From the NCBI GenBank assembly GCA_030630015.1, contig DAOVNV010000001.1:1-46367 (forward strand): a stretch of 46,367 bases of DNA, written 5' to 3'. Both the position numbers and the translations under genes were made by a program. Below are positions 8,979-19,130 of this stretch, piece by piece. This DNA comes from Desulfuromonadales bacterium (GTDB lineage Bacteria; Desulfobacterota; Desulfuromonadia; Desulfuromonadales; BM103). The stretch's first letter is position 1. Each line of letters begins with the position of its first letter. Under the pieces are notes generated by a model. The model was not told the DNA's origin. It did not search any database and was given only the letters and a program-made list of their open reading frames with translations.

Positions 8979-9004
8979 GCCGCTGCCGGCTTCGCCAGCA
9001 AGAC

Positions 9005-9039
9005 CGGGACGCGGGACGCGGGACGAGGAACGAGGAAAG
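9005..9039. repeat. Heptamer tandem array (CGGGACG)x3 decaying to AGGAACG, AGGAAAG
   Basis: Direct reading of the + strand gives CGGGACG CGGGACG CGGGACG AGGAACG AGGAAAG. The array lies 27-61 nt upstream of the folE2 ATG at 8978 and reads CGTCCCG on the sense strand. Confidence 0.8.
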
Positions 9040-9120
9040 TCTTTATTCTGAGGTGGTCTGGTCATAATTATTTTCCAACTGATGTCCAGCTTGACACAAG
9101 ACACCGGTTGCCTTTGCAGG

Positions 9121-9816
9121 TTAGTTTTTCGCGTCCCGTGTTTCATACGGGATCGGATCCTCAAGCCCGGCCTCGGCAAAGCCCTTGAGACGCAGGCGGC
9201 AGGAATCACAACGGCCGCAGGCAATCCCGGCCGGAGAAGGATCGTAGCAGGAGTGGGTGAGCCCGTAGTCAACGCCGAGGTCCTGGCCGACACGAATGAT
9301 TTCCGCCTTGCTGAGATGGAGCAGCGGGGCATGAACCCGGTAGTGACCGGTCTTCTCGACACCGGCCCTGGTGGCCAGGTTGGCCAGTGTTTCGAAGGCG
9401 TGAATATACTCGGGACGACAGTCCGGGTAACCGGAATAGTCCAGGGCATTGACACCGATGTAAATATCGAATGCCCCGAGCACCTCGGCCCAGCTGAGCG
9501 CGAAACTCAGGAAAATGGTGTTGCGCGCAGGCACATAGGTGGTCGGAATTTCGTCATCCATGGGCCGGTCTTTCGGCACCTCCTGATCGGAGGTCAATGA
9601 ACTACCCCCAAACTGGCGCAGATCGATTTGAACCAGTTGGTGAGCGATAGCTCCGATTTGAGGCGCGTAAATCCGTGCCTTTTCGAGTTCGACAGAATGC
9701 CTCTGCCCATATGCAAAACTCATGGCATGGGGCTCAAACCCGTCCGCCCTGGCGATCGCCATGCAGGTTGTCGAGTCGAGTCCGCCACTGTAGAGAACGA
9801 CTGCTTTTTTTGTCAT
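9121..9816 (-). CDS. queC: 7-cyano-7-deazaguanine synthase QueC
   Basis: [19 protein letters not shown]-loop at the internal ATG 9816, and a C-terminal Zn-binding motif [10 protein letters not shown]. The listed ORF start (9855) adds 13 unlikely residues. Confidence 0.9.
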   Translation of the reverse strand: MTKKAVVLYSGGLDSTTCMAIARADGFEPHAMSFAYGQRHSVELEKARIYAPQIGAIAHQLVQIDLRQFGGSSLTSDQEVPKDRPMDDEIPTTYVPARNTIFLSFALSWAEVLGAFDIYIGVNALDYSGYPDCRPEYIHAFETLANLATRAGVEKTGHYRVHAPLLHLSKAEIIRVGQDLGVDYGLTHSCYDPSPAGIACGRCDSCRLRLKGFAEAGLEDPIPYETRDAKN

Positions 9817-9990
9817 ATCCACGTACCTTCTGACCCGAATCCGTCGGCTACTCACGGATTCAGGCCTGAGTGATGGCCGGCACAGCCATCATACATTCTA
9901 GCATAGCCTGTCAGGCGGGAAAACCGGCAAAACGGTTGCCCGGGTCCAAATATCTGTGCTATTAGTGACTGTTCACATGAGGCGCGTCCG

Positions 9991-12408
9991 ATGACCCTGT
10001 TTGCAAAACGATCAAAAATTTTCCGTTATCTGTTCATAGTCTGCCTGGTGGGCCTGCTGTTGATTATCGTCAGCCCCCTGGCCGCATACCTCTACGTGGC
10101 CAAGTCGCTGCCGCGTGTAGACACCCTCGCGGACTACCAGCCGCCGGTCATCACCCGCATCTACAGCGACGACGGCTCAGTGATCGCCGAGCTCTTTGAG
10201 GAGCGGCGCATCGTCGTGCCAGTGTCGCGCATGCCGAAACAGCTGATCCAGGCGTTTGTCGCCGCCGAGGATGCCAATTTTTTCAAGCATCAGGGCGTCG
10301 ACCTGGTTTCGATTGCACGGGCCGCACTCAAGAATATCAAGGCAGGCGGTATTGTTCAGGGTGGCAGCACCATCACCCAACAGGTTGCCAAAAGCCTTCT
10401 GTTGACCCCGGAAAAGAAGTTTGAACGCAAGTTCAAGGAAGCCATTCTTGCCTATCGCATGGAGAATAGGCTGTCCAAGGAGGAAATCCTCTACCTCTAT
10501 CTCAATCAGATTTTCCTTGGTCACGGTGCCTACGGAGTGCAGGCTGCGGCTGAAAACTACTTCGATAAAAATGTCGACGAACTGGATCTGGCTGAATGCA
10601 GCCTGCTGGCCGGCCTGCCCCAGGCACCCAGCCGCTATTCGCCATACCGGCATTTCGAACGCGCCCGGGAACGGCAGAAGTACGTACTCAACCGCATGAT
10701 CGCGGAAGATTTTATCACGGCCGATGAAGCTGAGGCGGCCCTCGCCGTCGAGATGGAAATCCGCCCAAAGATCAACCAGCACATCACGGATGCTGCTTAC
10801 TTTACAGAACAGGTGCGCCGCTATCTTCAAGAGAACTACGGGCACGACCTCCTCTACAGGGGAGGGCTCCAGGTTCATACCAGCATGAATCTGGCCATGC
10901 AGCTGGCGGCCCAGGAGGCGGTTCGCAACAATCTGCGTGATCACGATAAGCGCCAGGGGTACCGGGGACCATCAGAGGTTATTTCCACAGAGGAGGAGAC
11001 TGCTCTGCTGGAACAGCAGGTCGAACAACTGGCGGAAAATCCGCTCGAATCCGGTGCCCTGATCGATGCAATCGTCACCGGCGGCGACCGCAAAAATATC
11101 CAGCTGCGTTGCGCCGACCGCACCGGCCGGATTACCATTGCTGATGCCAAGTGGGCAGCGCCACTTCAGGTTGTCGCCCGCAATAAAGAGGCCTCCGGGA
11201 ACGCTACAGCTCCGGCGAGCCGGCTGCCGATCGGGGCCAGAGTCCAGGTGCGTATCCTGGAAATCCCTGAACAGGGCCCGTTGAAGCTTGCTCTTGAGCA
11301 GGAGCCCCTGGCCCAGGGAGCACTACTGGCCATGGACCCGCACAGTGGCTTGATCAGAGCCATGGTCGGTGGCCATGATTTTCGCACCAGCCAATTCAAC
11401 CGGGTGATCCAGGCTCGTCGCTTGCCCGGTTCTGCCATCAAACCGATCATCTACGCTGCGGCACTCGATAAGGGCTACACACCGGCAACCGTTATTCTGG
11501 ATACGCCGCTGATCTACAAGGAACGTCTTGAAGACGGTGAAATCAAGGAGTGGAAACCCAAGAACTACTCCAAGAAGTTTTATGGACCGGTGCCGGTCCG
11601 TACCGCCCTTGCCAAGTCACACAATGTCATTACGATCAAAATCCTCGAGGATATTGGCGTTCGCTATGCAGCCAATTATGCCCGCAAACTTGGCATCGCA
11701 TCGCCGCTTGCCGAGGATCTGACTTTCGGCCTGGGATCTTCGGCGGTCACGCCCATGGAACTGGCTGGAGCCTACGCTGTACTGGCAAACGGCGGAGTCA
11801 GAATCACGCCAACCTATATCGCCCGCATCCTCGACCGCAATGGCAGAATTCTCGAATCGATCGACCCGGCGGACTTCCCCGGCGGGCCACAGCCCGGACA
11901 ACGCCTGGTTCAGCAGCAGCGAACCCGGGTCATCAGCCCGGAAACTTCCTACCTGATCACCAACCTGCTGGAAAGCGTGGTGCGTCACGGCACTGGCTGG
12001 CGAGCCAAGGCTCTCAAGCGCCCGACGGCCGGCAAGACAGGCACGACCAATGACCTTAAGGATGCCTGGTTCATCGGTTACATTCCGCAGTTGCTGACTG
12101 TGACCTGGGTCGGCTACGACCAGGAGCGCCCGCTTGGGAAAAAAGAGACCGGATCGCGTGCAGCGGCTCCGGGCTGGGTTTCGTTTATGGAACAAGCGGT
12201 TGCAGATCTGCCTGTGGAGCACTTCCCAGTTCCGGACGCTATCGAGTTCCGCCCCATCGACCCCAAAACCGGACTACTGGCACCTGAGGACAGCCCGGAC
12301 GTGATGATCGAAACGTTCGCGCCCGGAACGGCCCCGGTCCGTTACGCACTGGAGGAAAAAACCCCACAAGCCCGTGATTTTTTCAGACTCGACCTGGAAG
12401 AAAACTAA
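9991..12408 (+). CDS. mrcA: Penicillin-binding protein 1A (bifunctional transglycosylase/transpeptidase)
   Basis: 805 aa with an N-terminal TM anchor, GT51 motifs (EDANFFKHQGVD, GGSTITQQVAK) and transpeptidase motifs (SAIKP, KTGTTND). Confidence 0.9.
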   Translation: MTLFAKRSKIFRYLFIVCLVGLLLIIVSPLAAYLYVAKSLPRVDTLADYQPPVITRIYSDDGSVIAELFEERRIVVPVSRMPKQLIQAFVAAEDANFFKHQGVDLVSIARAALKNIKAGGIVQGGSTITQQVAKSLLLTPEKKFERKFKEAILAYRMENRLSKEEILYLYLNQIFLGHGAYGVQAAAENYFDKNVDELDLAECSLLAGLPQAPSRYSPYRHFERARERQKYVLNRMIAEDFITADEAEAALAVEMEIRPKINQHITDAAYFTEQVRRYLQENYGHDLLYRGGLQVHTSMNLAMQLAAQEAVRNNLRDHDKRQGYRGPSEVISTEEETALLEQQVEQLAENPLESGALIDAIVTGGDRKNIQLRCADRTGRITIADAKWAAPLQVVARNKEASGNATAPASRLPIGARVQVRILEIPEQGPLKLALEQEPLAQGALLAMDPHSGLIRAMVGGHDFRTSQFNRVIQARRLPGSAIKPIIYAAALDKGYTPATVILDTPLIYKERLEDGEIKEWKPKNYSKKFYGPVPVRTALAKSHNVITIKILEDIGVRYAANYARKLGIASPLAEDLTFGLGSSAVTPMELAGAYAVLANGGVRITPTYIARILDRNGRILESIDPADFPGGPQPGQRLVQQQRTRVISPETSYLITNLLESVVRHGTGWRAKALKRPTAGKTGTTNDLKDAWFIGYIPQLLTVTWVGYDQERPLGKKETGSRAAAPGWVSFMEQAVADLPVEHFPVPDAIEFRPIDPKTGLLAPEDSPDVMIETFAPGTAPVRYALEEKTPQARDFFRLDLEEN

Positions 12409-12456
12409 TCTCGCTGTAACTGTTCCGCCTGCCCGATGAATAGTTACCTCTCGCTG

Positions 12457-13110
12457 CTACTTCTGCCTTACAACACCAACCTGAGGGCAATGACCGGCGA
12501 CGGGACATCTTGAACACCAGGCGGTCTGCGCACGACAGCATTGCCGACCGTGAAAAATCAACACATGAGCCGTCCAGGTCCACTTCTCTGCTGGCAGTAA
12601 CGAGCAGAGCTCTTTCTCGACAGCCTCCGGCTGGCGTGCCTGCGCCCAGCCAAGTCGCCTTGCTACCCTGCCCACATGTGTGTCTACAACCATTCCCGGC
12701 ACATTGAATGCGTTGCCCAGTAAGACGTTTGCTGTTTTGCGCCCGACACCGGGCAGCGCCACCAGAGCCTCCATAATTCTCGGCACAATCCCGTCATGCT
12801 CCAACACAAGCTGGCTGGCGCAACCGATCAGGTTGCGAGCCTTGTTGCGAAAGAAGCCGGTGGACCGGATCAGTTCTTCCAGCTCTTGCGCATTTGCCGC
12901 TGCCATGCTGAGCGGATCCGGAAAACGCTCAAACAGCCGTGGAGTGACCTGGTTGACCCGCAGGTCTGTGCACTGGGCGGAGAGGATCGTTGCAACCAGC
13001 AGTTGCCAGGGATTTTGATGGATCAGGGCACAATGAGCTTCAGGGTAGGCTGTTTCGAGTGCTGTCAGCGTTGCCAGCGCCTGCTTGCGTTGAGCTAGAA
13101 GTCCGGTCAT
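12457..13110 (-). CDS. nth: Endonuclease III (DNA glycosylase/AP lyase)
   Basis: 217 aa with HhH-GPD (LPGVGRKTANVLL) and a C-terminal 4Fe-4S motif C-X6-C-X2-C-X5-C (CRAQTAWCSRCPVAGHC). Confidence 0.9.
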   Translation of the reverse strand: MTGLLAQRKQALATLTALETAYPEAHCALIHQNPWQLLVATILSAQCTDLRVNQVTPRLFERFPDPLSMAAANAQELEELIRSTGFFRNKARNLIGCASQLVLEHDGIVPRIMEALVALPGVGRKTANVLLGNAFNVPGMVVDTHVGRVARRLGWAQARQPEAVEKELCSLLPAEKWTWTAHVLIFHGRQCCRAQTAWCSRCPVAGHCPQVGVVRQK

Positions 13111-13170
13111 GGCGGTTGTTTCTCGATTATTTCCCGGTTAATTCACCTGAAAGGCGTTTATTTCTTGCAC

Positions 13171-13200
13171 TTATCAACGATATCCACAGGTTTTTCCACA
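13171..13200 (+). promoter_or_regulatory. Cluster of three DnaA-box-like 9-mers upstream of nth
   Basis: TTATCAACG (13171-79, 7/9), ATATCCACA (13180-88, 8/9) and TTTTCCACA (13192-200, 8/9). All share one orientation and lie in the 116-bp spacer between the EEP gene and nth. Confidence 0.45.
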
Positions 13201-13226
13201 GAAGGGCTGACGGACGCCCCCGCGCT

Positions 13227-13961
13227 CTAACCAGGGGCCGCTTCCATCCGCCGGGCGGTCAGGCTCGGCAGGGGCAGGGTGCGCTGCGTATCGCAGACCT
13301 GGATGGTCAGGGTCAGCGGCAAATGCTTTGACGCCTGGCGGGCCTGAATGCTGCGGTTGATCGATGCGTCCAGCACCCGGACTCCGCCCCGCAGGTAGGC
13401 CCGATCACGATCGAACAGGGGGTAGAAAGACGGATAAGTTGCCCGCCAGAGGGGCCGGTGAACTCTGCTCAGCGCTGCGCCGAGTTCGAAATTGCCCGCA
13501 CCCCAGAGAAAATCGGCAAAATCGCCGAGCACCAGCACCGGGCTGGCCATGGACGGGTTGCCGAGCAGGTCAGGTCCTAGCAAAGTCTCGATCTGCTGCT
13601 TGCGAAATCGCGGAAACGTGTCCAGGCAGACATTCAGAAGATGCAGGCGCCGTCCGGCGAGATCCACATCGGCCCGCAGGCAGGCACCGCCGTAGCCGAG
13701 GTCAAATTTCTGGATACCACGCAATGGAATGTGGGAGAGGAAAACCAGGCCACCGCCGGTCACGTCCCGGTACGGTTGCGAACCGAGCTGTTCGGCGAGA
13801 AAGGGCAGAATGTCCGTATTGCTGGCAGTGCCAAGATCCTGAACGGCGACAATGTCAGGCGCGGCATCAGCGATCGTGCGCAGGACACGATTTAGATTCG
13901 GCTGGCCGTCGGTGCCGCGGCAACGCTGAACGTTGTAGGTCATGATGCGGGTTGTTATCAT
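13227..13961 (-). CDS. Endonuclease/exonuclease/phosphatase (EEP) family protein
   Basis: 244 aa with N-terminal MTYNVQRCRG ... PDIVAVQD typical of the EEP fold. GAGG lies upstream of the ATG at 13961. Confidence 0.7.
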   Translation of the reverse strand: MITTRIMTYNVQRCRGTDGQPNLNRVLRTIADAAPDIVAVQDLGTASNTDILPFLAEQLGSQPYRDVTGGGLVFLSHIPLRGIQKFDLGYGGACLRADVDLAGRRLHLLNVCLDTFPRFRKQQIETLLGPDLLGNPSMASPVLVLGDFADFLWGAGNFELGAALSRVHRPLWRATYPSFYPLFDRDRAYLRGGVRVLDASINRSIQARQASKHLPLTLTIQVCDTQRTLPLPSLTARRMEAAPG

Positions 13962-14006
13962 CCCAGCCTCGTCAGCGACACGTCCACAATGGCGGCAAAA
14001 ACTTAT

Positions 14007-14585
14007 TTATTTTACACGACTAATCCTGTGGATCACAACATTTTCCACCGGCAGGTCAGCAAACATGCCCTTGCTGTGAGTCCGGACCCTGCCGATGCGC
14101 TCGACGACATCCATTCCCGCCACGACTTTGCCGAACACAGCATAGCCATAGCCCTGGCGGGTTTTGTTGCGATGATTTAGAAACGCATTGTCCTTGAGGT
14201 TGATGAAAAACTGGCTGGTCGCACTATCCACCACTCCTGTCCGTGCCATGGCAATGGTTCCCAGCTCGTTGCGTAAACCATTGTCTGCCTCGTTCTTAAT
14301 GGCCGGGCGTGTCTGCTTTTGTCTCAGGTCAGCGTCAAAACCGCCCCCCTGAATCATAAAATTGTCAATAACTCTGTGAAAAACGGTCCCGTCATAATGA
14401 CCACCATCCACATACTCCAAAAAGTTGGCAACCGACAAGGGTGCGCGCTGGTCATCCAGTTCCAGGGTCATTTTACCATGACTGGTGTCGATGACCACCG
14501 TTTCCAGGGCAGCCGCTGGTCCGGCCAGCACCAACAGGCAAAATACCAGCCCGATTGAGGCACGAAGAGCCAGATACTTTTTCAT
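14007..14585 (-). CDS. Periplasmic peptidyl-prolyl cis-trans isomerase, cyclophilin type
   Basis: Cyclophilin motifs [15 protein letters not shown] and GTIAMAR, plus a signal peptide. AAGGAG lies 6 nt upstream of the internal ATG at 14585, whereas the listed start 14603 is a TTG. Confidence 0.85.
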   Translation of the reverse strand: MKKYLALRASIGLVFCLLVLAGPAAALETVVIDTSHGKMTLELDDQRAPLSVANFLEYVDGGHYDGTVFHRVIDNFMIQGGGFDADLRQKQTRPAIKNEADNGLRNELGTIAMARTGVVDSATSQFFINLKDNAFLNHRNKTRQGYGYAVFGKVVAGMDVVERIGRVRTHSKGMFADLPVENVVIHRISRVK

Positions 14586-14628
14586 AAGCCACTCCTTCTT
14601 CAAGAAGTCTGTTGTTAAGGACGTCAGG

Positions 14629-15648
14629 TTACCCTTTGCGACGGCCAGTCAGGTTCTCCGGTTTGAGATCGCGCATCATCAGGTCCGTAACGGCCTGGCG
14701 CGGTTCCTTGCCGGCGTACAGAATTTCATACATCTGGGTGGTAATCGGCATATCCACACCGAGCCGCTGAGCCAGTTGAAATGCTGAAAGGGTTGTTTTC
14801 ACGCCTTCAGCCACCATGCGCATTTCAGCAAGGATTTCTTCCAGGCTGCGCCCCCGGCCCAACTCCATGCCAACAGTCCGGTTGCGCGAAAGGTCGCCGG
14901 TACAAGTCAGCACGAGATCTCCCATACCAGCCAGGCCAGAGAAAGTTTCCTGGTTCGCCCCTTTGGCCTTGCCCAAACGGGCCATCTCCACCAGGCCACG
15001 GGTGATCAGAGCCGCACGGGTGTTGTATCCGAAGCCCAGCCCATCACTGACGCCCGCAGCCAGGGCAATAACATTCTTGAGTGCACCGCACAACTCCACG
15101 CCCACGACGTCGGAATTCGTATAAACCCTGAAATAGTCGGTACTGAACAGATCCTGGACCTGGCTGGCCAACGCGCAGTCTTCCGCCGCAACGGCAACCG
15201 CCGTTGGCAGTTCTGCCGAAACCTCCTTGGCGAAGGAGGGGCCGGAAAGGTAGGCACAACGCGACGAAATCTCCGCTCCGAAAATATCGGCCAAAACTTC
15301 AGACATTGTCAGCAGGCTGTCATTCTCGATCCCCTTCGAAGCGGAAACCAGCAAGCAGTCCGCTTCCACCAAGTCCACAATGCGACTCACAACGGACCGC
15401 ATTGCCTGGGAAGGGGGCACCAGCACAAGAGCCTGTCGGCCTGCGACAACCTCCTCAAGGTCACTGGTATAATCCAGCCGCTCGGAAAGCTTGAAATCCG
15501 GCAGGTAGAGATCATTGACCCGGTGCTCTTTCAGACGAACGGCCAGGTCGGCTTCGTAGACCCAGAGCATGACCTCCAAGCCCTTTTTAGCCAGCAGGTT
15601 GGCCAGGGTGGTTCCCCAACTGCCGGCACCGATGACTCCAATCCGCAT
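14629..15648 (-). CDS. gpsA: NAD(P)H-dependent glycerol-3-phosphate dehydrogenase
   Basis: [20 protein letters not shown] Rossmann N-terminus at ATG 15648, with GAGAGGA upstream. GpsA-typical motifs [12 protein letters not shown] and NRTVG are present. The listed ORF has a 34-aa N-terminal over-extension. Confidence 0.9.
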   Translation of the reverse strand: MRIGVIGAGSWGTTLANLLAKKGLEVMLWVYEADLAVRLKEHRVNDLYLPDFKLSERLDYTSDLEEVVAGRQALVLVPPSQAMRSVVSRIVDLVEADCLLVSASKGIENDSLLTMSEVLADIFGAEISSRCAYLSGPSFAKEVSAELPTAVAVAAEDCALASQVQDLFSTDYFRVYTNSDVVGVELCGALKNVIALAAGVSDGLGFGYNTRAALITRGLVEMARLGKAKGANQETFSGLAGMGDLVLTCTGDLSRNRTVGMELGRGRSLEEILAEMRMVAEGVKTTLSAFQLAQRLGVDMPITTQMYEILYAGKEPRQAVTDLMMRDLKPENLTGRRKG

Positions 15649-15724
15649 GACTGTTCCTCTCACGTGATAGACAGGCTGGTTTATAGCGTGTTCCAAAACG
15701 TCCGGGGCTTCTGCTGCTCGAGGG

Positions 15725-16609
15725 TTAAATCGCCTTTTTCTTCTTGGCAATACGGCTGCGGACTTTTTCGATCTTCCGCTTCAGCACTTCAGGATTCGAA
15801 TAGCCTTGCAGGGCCTTCAGTATCTCCAGGGCCTTCTGCAGCTCCTCCTGCTCCTCGAGAACGGCAGCCAAGCCAAATTGCGCCTCAGATGCATAGGGGC
15901 TTTCCGGCCAGCGCTCTGTGACAAGCCTGTAAGCACCGACCGCCTCAGGCAGTTGTCCCTCCAAGGCGTAAGTCACGGCGATGCGGAACTGAACTTCCGG
16001 AAGCAGAAGGCTTTGCGGATGATTTTTCAGCAGGCTGCCAAATTCGATACGTGCTTGTTCAAAATTATTAAGCCGAAAATAGCTGTCCGCCACCTCGTAT
16101 TGCACCCGGTCGGCATCCTCTGTCACTTGGTCGAGGACTTTCTGGTAGGTTGAGATAGCAAGCACATAATCTTCCAGCCGGTACTTGTAAATCGCCGCAG
16201 ACTGGTGCTGCGCACCACGAACCCAAGCATTCTCCGGGTAATCCCGTTCCAGAAGAAGATAGCACAACAAAGCTTCCTGGTAGTTTGCCAGGTAGTGATT
16301 GAGGATCTCTGCTGTCTGAAAGAGCGCTTCCGGAGAACGCACGAAATCAGGATGCTTTTTGTACAGACCTTGAAACTGGTCAAGCGCATCGGCGTAGCGA
16401 CCTGCGTCCTGAAGAGCCTGGCCCTTCTGAAAACGGTCCTGGAGAATTTCATCCAGGTTGGCGCGATACCAGAAGCCGGCAGCAGCCACGAATGTCGCCA
16501 ACACCAGTCCGGCAACAATTAAAACCGTTTGCCTACGGGTTTTCCCCTGACGACGGAGTTCCTCTTTCAGGAGCTGCTTCTTGAGCCTCTGTATGTCCTT
16601 CATCTTCAT
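15725..16609 (-). CDS. Membrane-anchored tetratricopeptide-repeat protein
   Basis: One TM helix ([21 protein letters not shown]) followed by multiple TPR-like repeats. The first in-frame ATGs (16609/16603) lie inside the gyrA 3' end. Confidence 0.6.
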   Translation of the reverse strand: MKMKDIQRLKKQLLKEELRRQGKTRRQTVLIVAGLVLATFVAAAGFWYRANLDEILQDRFQKGQALQDAGRYADALDQFQGLYKKHPDFVRSPEALFQTAEILNHYLANYQEALLCYLLLERDYPENAWVRGAQHQSAAIYKYRLEDYVLAISTYQKVLDQVTEDADRVQYEVADSYFRLNNFEQARIEFGSLLKNHPQSLLLPEVQFRIAVTYALEGQLPEAVGAYRLVTERWPESPYASEAQFGLAAVLEEQEELQKALEILKALQGYSNPEVLKRKIEKVRSRIAKKKKAI

Positions 16610-19037
16610 CTTTTTCCGCCAGTTTCGCCACAGCGACAATCCGCTCGTCCGATTCAAGAACCATCAGGCGCACACCCTGGGTGTTGCGGCCGATCACCGA
16701 GAGAGCCGCGACCTTGGTGCGCAGCACCTTGCCGCGATCCGTGATAAACATGAGGTCCGAATCGTTGTCAACCAGTTTAATATCAACCACCATGCCGTTT
16801 CGATCGGAGGTTTTGATGGTGATGATGCCCTTGCCACCACGACTTTGAACCCGGTACTGGTCAAGCGCCGTCCGCTTGCCGTACCCGTTCTCAGTCACCG
16901 TCACCAACGTCGCCGCGGTCGCATCTGTGACGACTTCCATACCGATCAGACAGTCATTCGCTTCCAGCATCATGCCGCGCACACCGCGCGCCGTGCGGCC
17001 CATCGGCCTGGCGCCGGTTTCCGGGAAACGGATTGACTTGCCGCTTTTGCTGGCCAGTAGGATATCCATATCGCCGTCGGTCAGCCGCGCGGCGATCAGG
17101 CTGTCATCGTCGTCAATCGTCAACGCGATGATGCCACCCTGGCGGGGATGGGAGTAGGCCATCAGCTCCGTTTTCTTCACCGTGCCGTTGCGGGTCGCAG
17201 TGATAATGTACTTACCATCCACGAACTCCTTGACCGGTAGAATGGTCATGACCTGCTCGTCAGCCTCGAGATTCAACAGGTTGACGATCGCCTTGCCGCG
17301 TGCGGCCCGTCCGCCCTGTGGAACTTCATGGACCTTGAGCCAGTAGACCTTACCGCGGTCGGTGAACACCAGGATGTAACTGTGCGTCGAGGCGATGAAC
17401 AGGTTCTCGACGAAATCCTCCTCCTTGGGCCGCATCCCGGTCTTGCCCTTACCCCCGCGCCGCTGGGCGCGATACAGGGAAACAGCATTGCGCTTGATGT
17501 AGCCCGAGTGGGAGACGGTCACCACCATATCCTCTTCGACGATCAGGTCCTCGATCGAAAGGTCGGCCGTCATTTCGATAATCTCGGTCCGTCGCACATC
17601 GGCATAGCGCTCCCTGATTTCGGACAGCTCCCCCTTGATGATGGCGAGAATTTCCGTTTCGCTGGCCAGGATTTCCTTGAGCCGCTTGATCAGGGCCAGC
17701 ATCTGGTTGTATTCCTCGATGATCTTGTCCCGCTCAAGGCCGGTCAGGCGGTGCAGGCGCATATCGAGGATGGCCTGGGCCTGAATCGCGGACAGCGCGA
17801 AGCGCACCACGAGCTTTTGCTTGGCCTCCGCTGAATTGGCGCTGCTCTTGATGATCTGGATTACCTCGTCGAGGTTGTCCAGAGCGATCTTGAGTCCCTC
17901 GAGGATATGAGCGCGCGCTTCAGCTTTTTTCAACTCAAACAGGCAGCGCCGCGTGACGATTTCCTTGCGATGTTCAATGAAGTGCCCGAGAACCTCGCGC
18001 AACGTCAGAACACGGGGCTGACCGCCGACGATCGCCAGCATGATGATGCCGAACGACGACTGCATCGGCGTCATCTTGTACAACTGGTTGATGATGACCT
18101 GTGGGATGGTGTCCCTTTTCAGTTCAACAACGATCCGCATACCGTCCCGGTCCGACTCGTCGCGCAGGTCGGAGATACCTTCAATCTTTTTATCCTTGAC
18201 CAGGTCGGCAATTTTCTCGATCAGGCGCGCCTTGTTGACCTGGAAGGGGATTTCCGTAACCACGACACTTTCACGGCCGGTACGCCGGTTCTGCTCGACC
18301 ATCGCCCGGGCGCGCATCTGGATGATGCCTCGACCAGTACGGTAAGCTTCGCGGATTCCCTCGCGCCCCAGGATGAACCCGCTGGTCGGAAAATCGGGGC
18401 CCGGAATGAGGTCAAGCAACTGCTCGCTGTCAAGCGTCGGATCATCAATCATGGCGACCAGACCATCGATTACCTCGCCCAGGTTGTGCGGCGGGATCTT
18501 GGTCGCCATACCAACCGCAATCCCTTCGGAGCCATTAACCAGCAGGTTGGGGAATTTGCAGGGCAGAACCAGCGGTTCTTCGAGGGAGTCATCGTAGTTG
18601 GGACCGAATTCGACGGTTTCCTTGTCGATATCGGTAAGCAGTTCATGCGCCAGGCGATCCATCCGGACCTCGGTATAACGCATGGCCGCCGCCGAATCGC
18701 CATCAACTGACCCGAAATTGCCCTGCCCGTCGACCAAGGGGTAGCGCAGAGAAAAATCCTGGGCCATCCGGACGATCGTATCGTAAACTGCGGAATCGCC
18801 GTGCGGGTGATATTTACCGATGACATCACCGACCACGCGGGCCGATTTTTTGTACGGCTTGTTATAGTCGTTGCTGAGTTCGTTCATGGCGAACAGAACC
18901 CGACGATGCACGGGCTTCAAGCCGTCCCGAACATCCGGCAGGGCGCGTCCGACGATGACGCTCATGGCATAATCCATGTAGGATTTGCGCATTTCGTCTT
19001 CGATATTAACTGTGATTCGATTTTGTTCTGTAAGCAT
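16533..19037 (-). CDS. gyrA: DNA gyrase subunit A
   Basis: 834 aa with the AAMRYTE active-site Tyr motif, the QRDR region [10 protein letters not shown] and an acidic C-terminal tail. Confidence 0.95.
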   Translation of the reverse strand: MLTEQNRITVNIEDEMRKSYMDYAMSVIVGRALPDVRDGLKPVHRRVLFAMNELSNDYNKPYKKSARVVGDVIGKYHPHGDSAVYDTIVRMAQDFSLRYPLVDGQGNFGSVDGDSAAAMRYTEVRMDRLAHELLTDIDKETVEFGPNYDDSLEEPLVLPCKFPNLLVNGSEGIAVGMATKIPPHNLGEVIDGLVAMIDDPTLDSEQLLDLIPGPDFPTSGFILGREGIREAYRTGRGIIQMRARAMVEQNRRTGRESVVVTEIPFQVNKARLIEKIADLVKDKKIEGISDLRDESDRDGMRIVVELKRDTIPQVIINQLYKMTPMQSSFGIIMLAIVGGQPRVLTLREVLGHFIEHRKEIVTRRCLFELKKAEARAHILEGLKIALDNLDEVIQIIKSSANSAEAKQKLVVRFALSAIQAQAILDMRLHRLTGLERDKIIEEYNQMLALIKRLKEILASETEILAIIKGELSEIRERYADVRRTEIIEMTADLSIEDLIVEEDMVVTVSHSGYIKRNAVSLYRAQRRGGKGKTGMRPKEEDFVENLFIASTHSYILVFTDRGKVYWLKVHEVPQGGRAARGKAIVNLLNLEADEQVMTILPVKEFVDGKYIITATRNGTVKKTELMAYSHPRQGGIIALTIDDDDSLIAARLTDGDMDILLASKSGKSIRFPETGARPMGRTARGVRGMMLEANDCLIGMEVVTDATAATLVTVTENGYGKRTALDQYRVQSRGGKGIITIKTSDRNGMVVDIKLVDNDSDLMFITDRGKVLRTKVAALSVIGRNTQGVRLMVLESDERIVAVAKLAEKDEDEGHTEAQEAAPERGTPSSGENP

Positions 19038-19060
19038 CTAGGATTTTCCTCCGGAAAATC

Positions 19061-19130
19061 AGGAACGCGGGACGCGGGACGCGGGACGCGAGAAATTGTT
19101 TCTAGGTTTTTTCTCGTTCCTCGTTCCGGG
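19061..19130. repeat. Heptamer array with inverted arm in the gyrB-gyrA spacer
   Basis: The + strand reads AGGAACG (CGGGACG)x3 CGAGAAA (19061-19095), a 14-nt spacer, then TTTCTCG TTCCTCG TTCCGGG (19110-19130). This is the same CGGGACG unit as at 9005-9025. Confidence 0.8.

Noticed and set aside
9005-9039. Possibility that the heptamer arrays are a CRISPR array or a mobile-element terminus
   Set aside because: The units are 7 nt long and directly abutting, with no spacers. No cas or transposase genes or flanking inverted repeats are present, so they are simple tandem repeats.
8979-9455. N-terminal 159 aa of the listed ORF 8205..9455
   Set aside because: This part overlaps the queC coding region in another frame and has no FolE2 similarity. 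The conserved FolE2 N-terminus begins at the internal ATG 8978 (or at most 9065).
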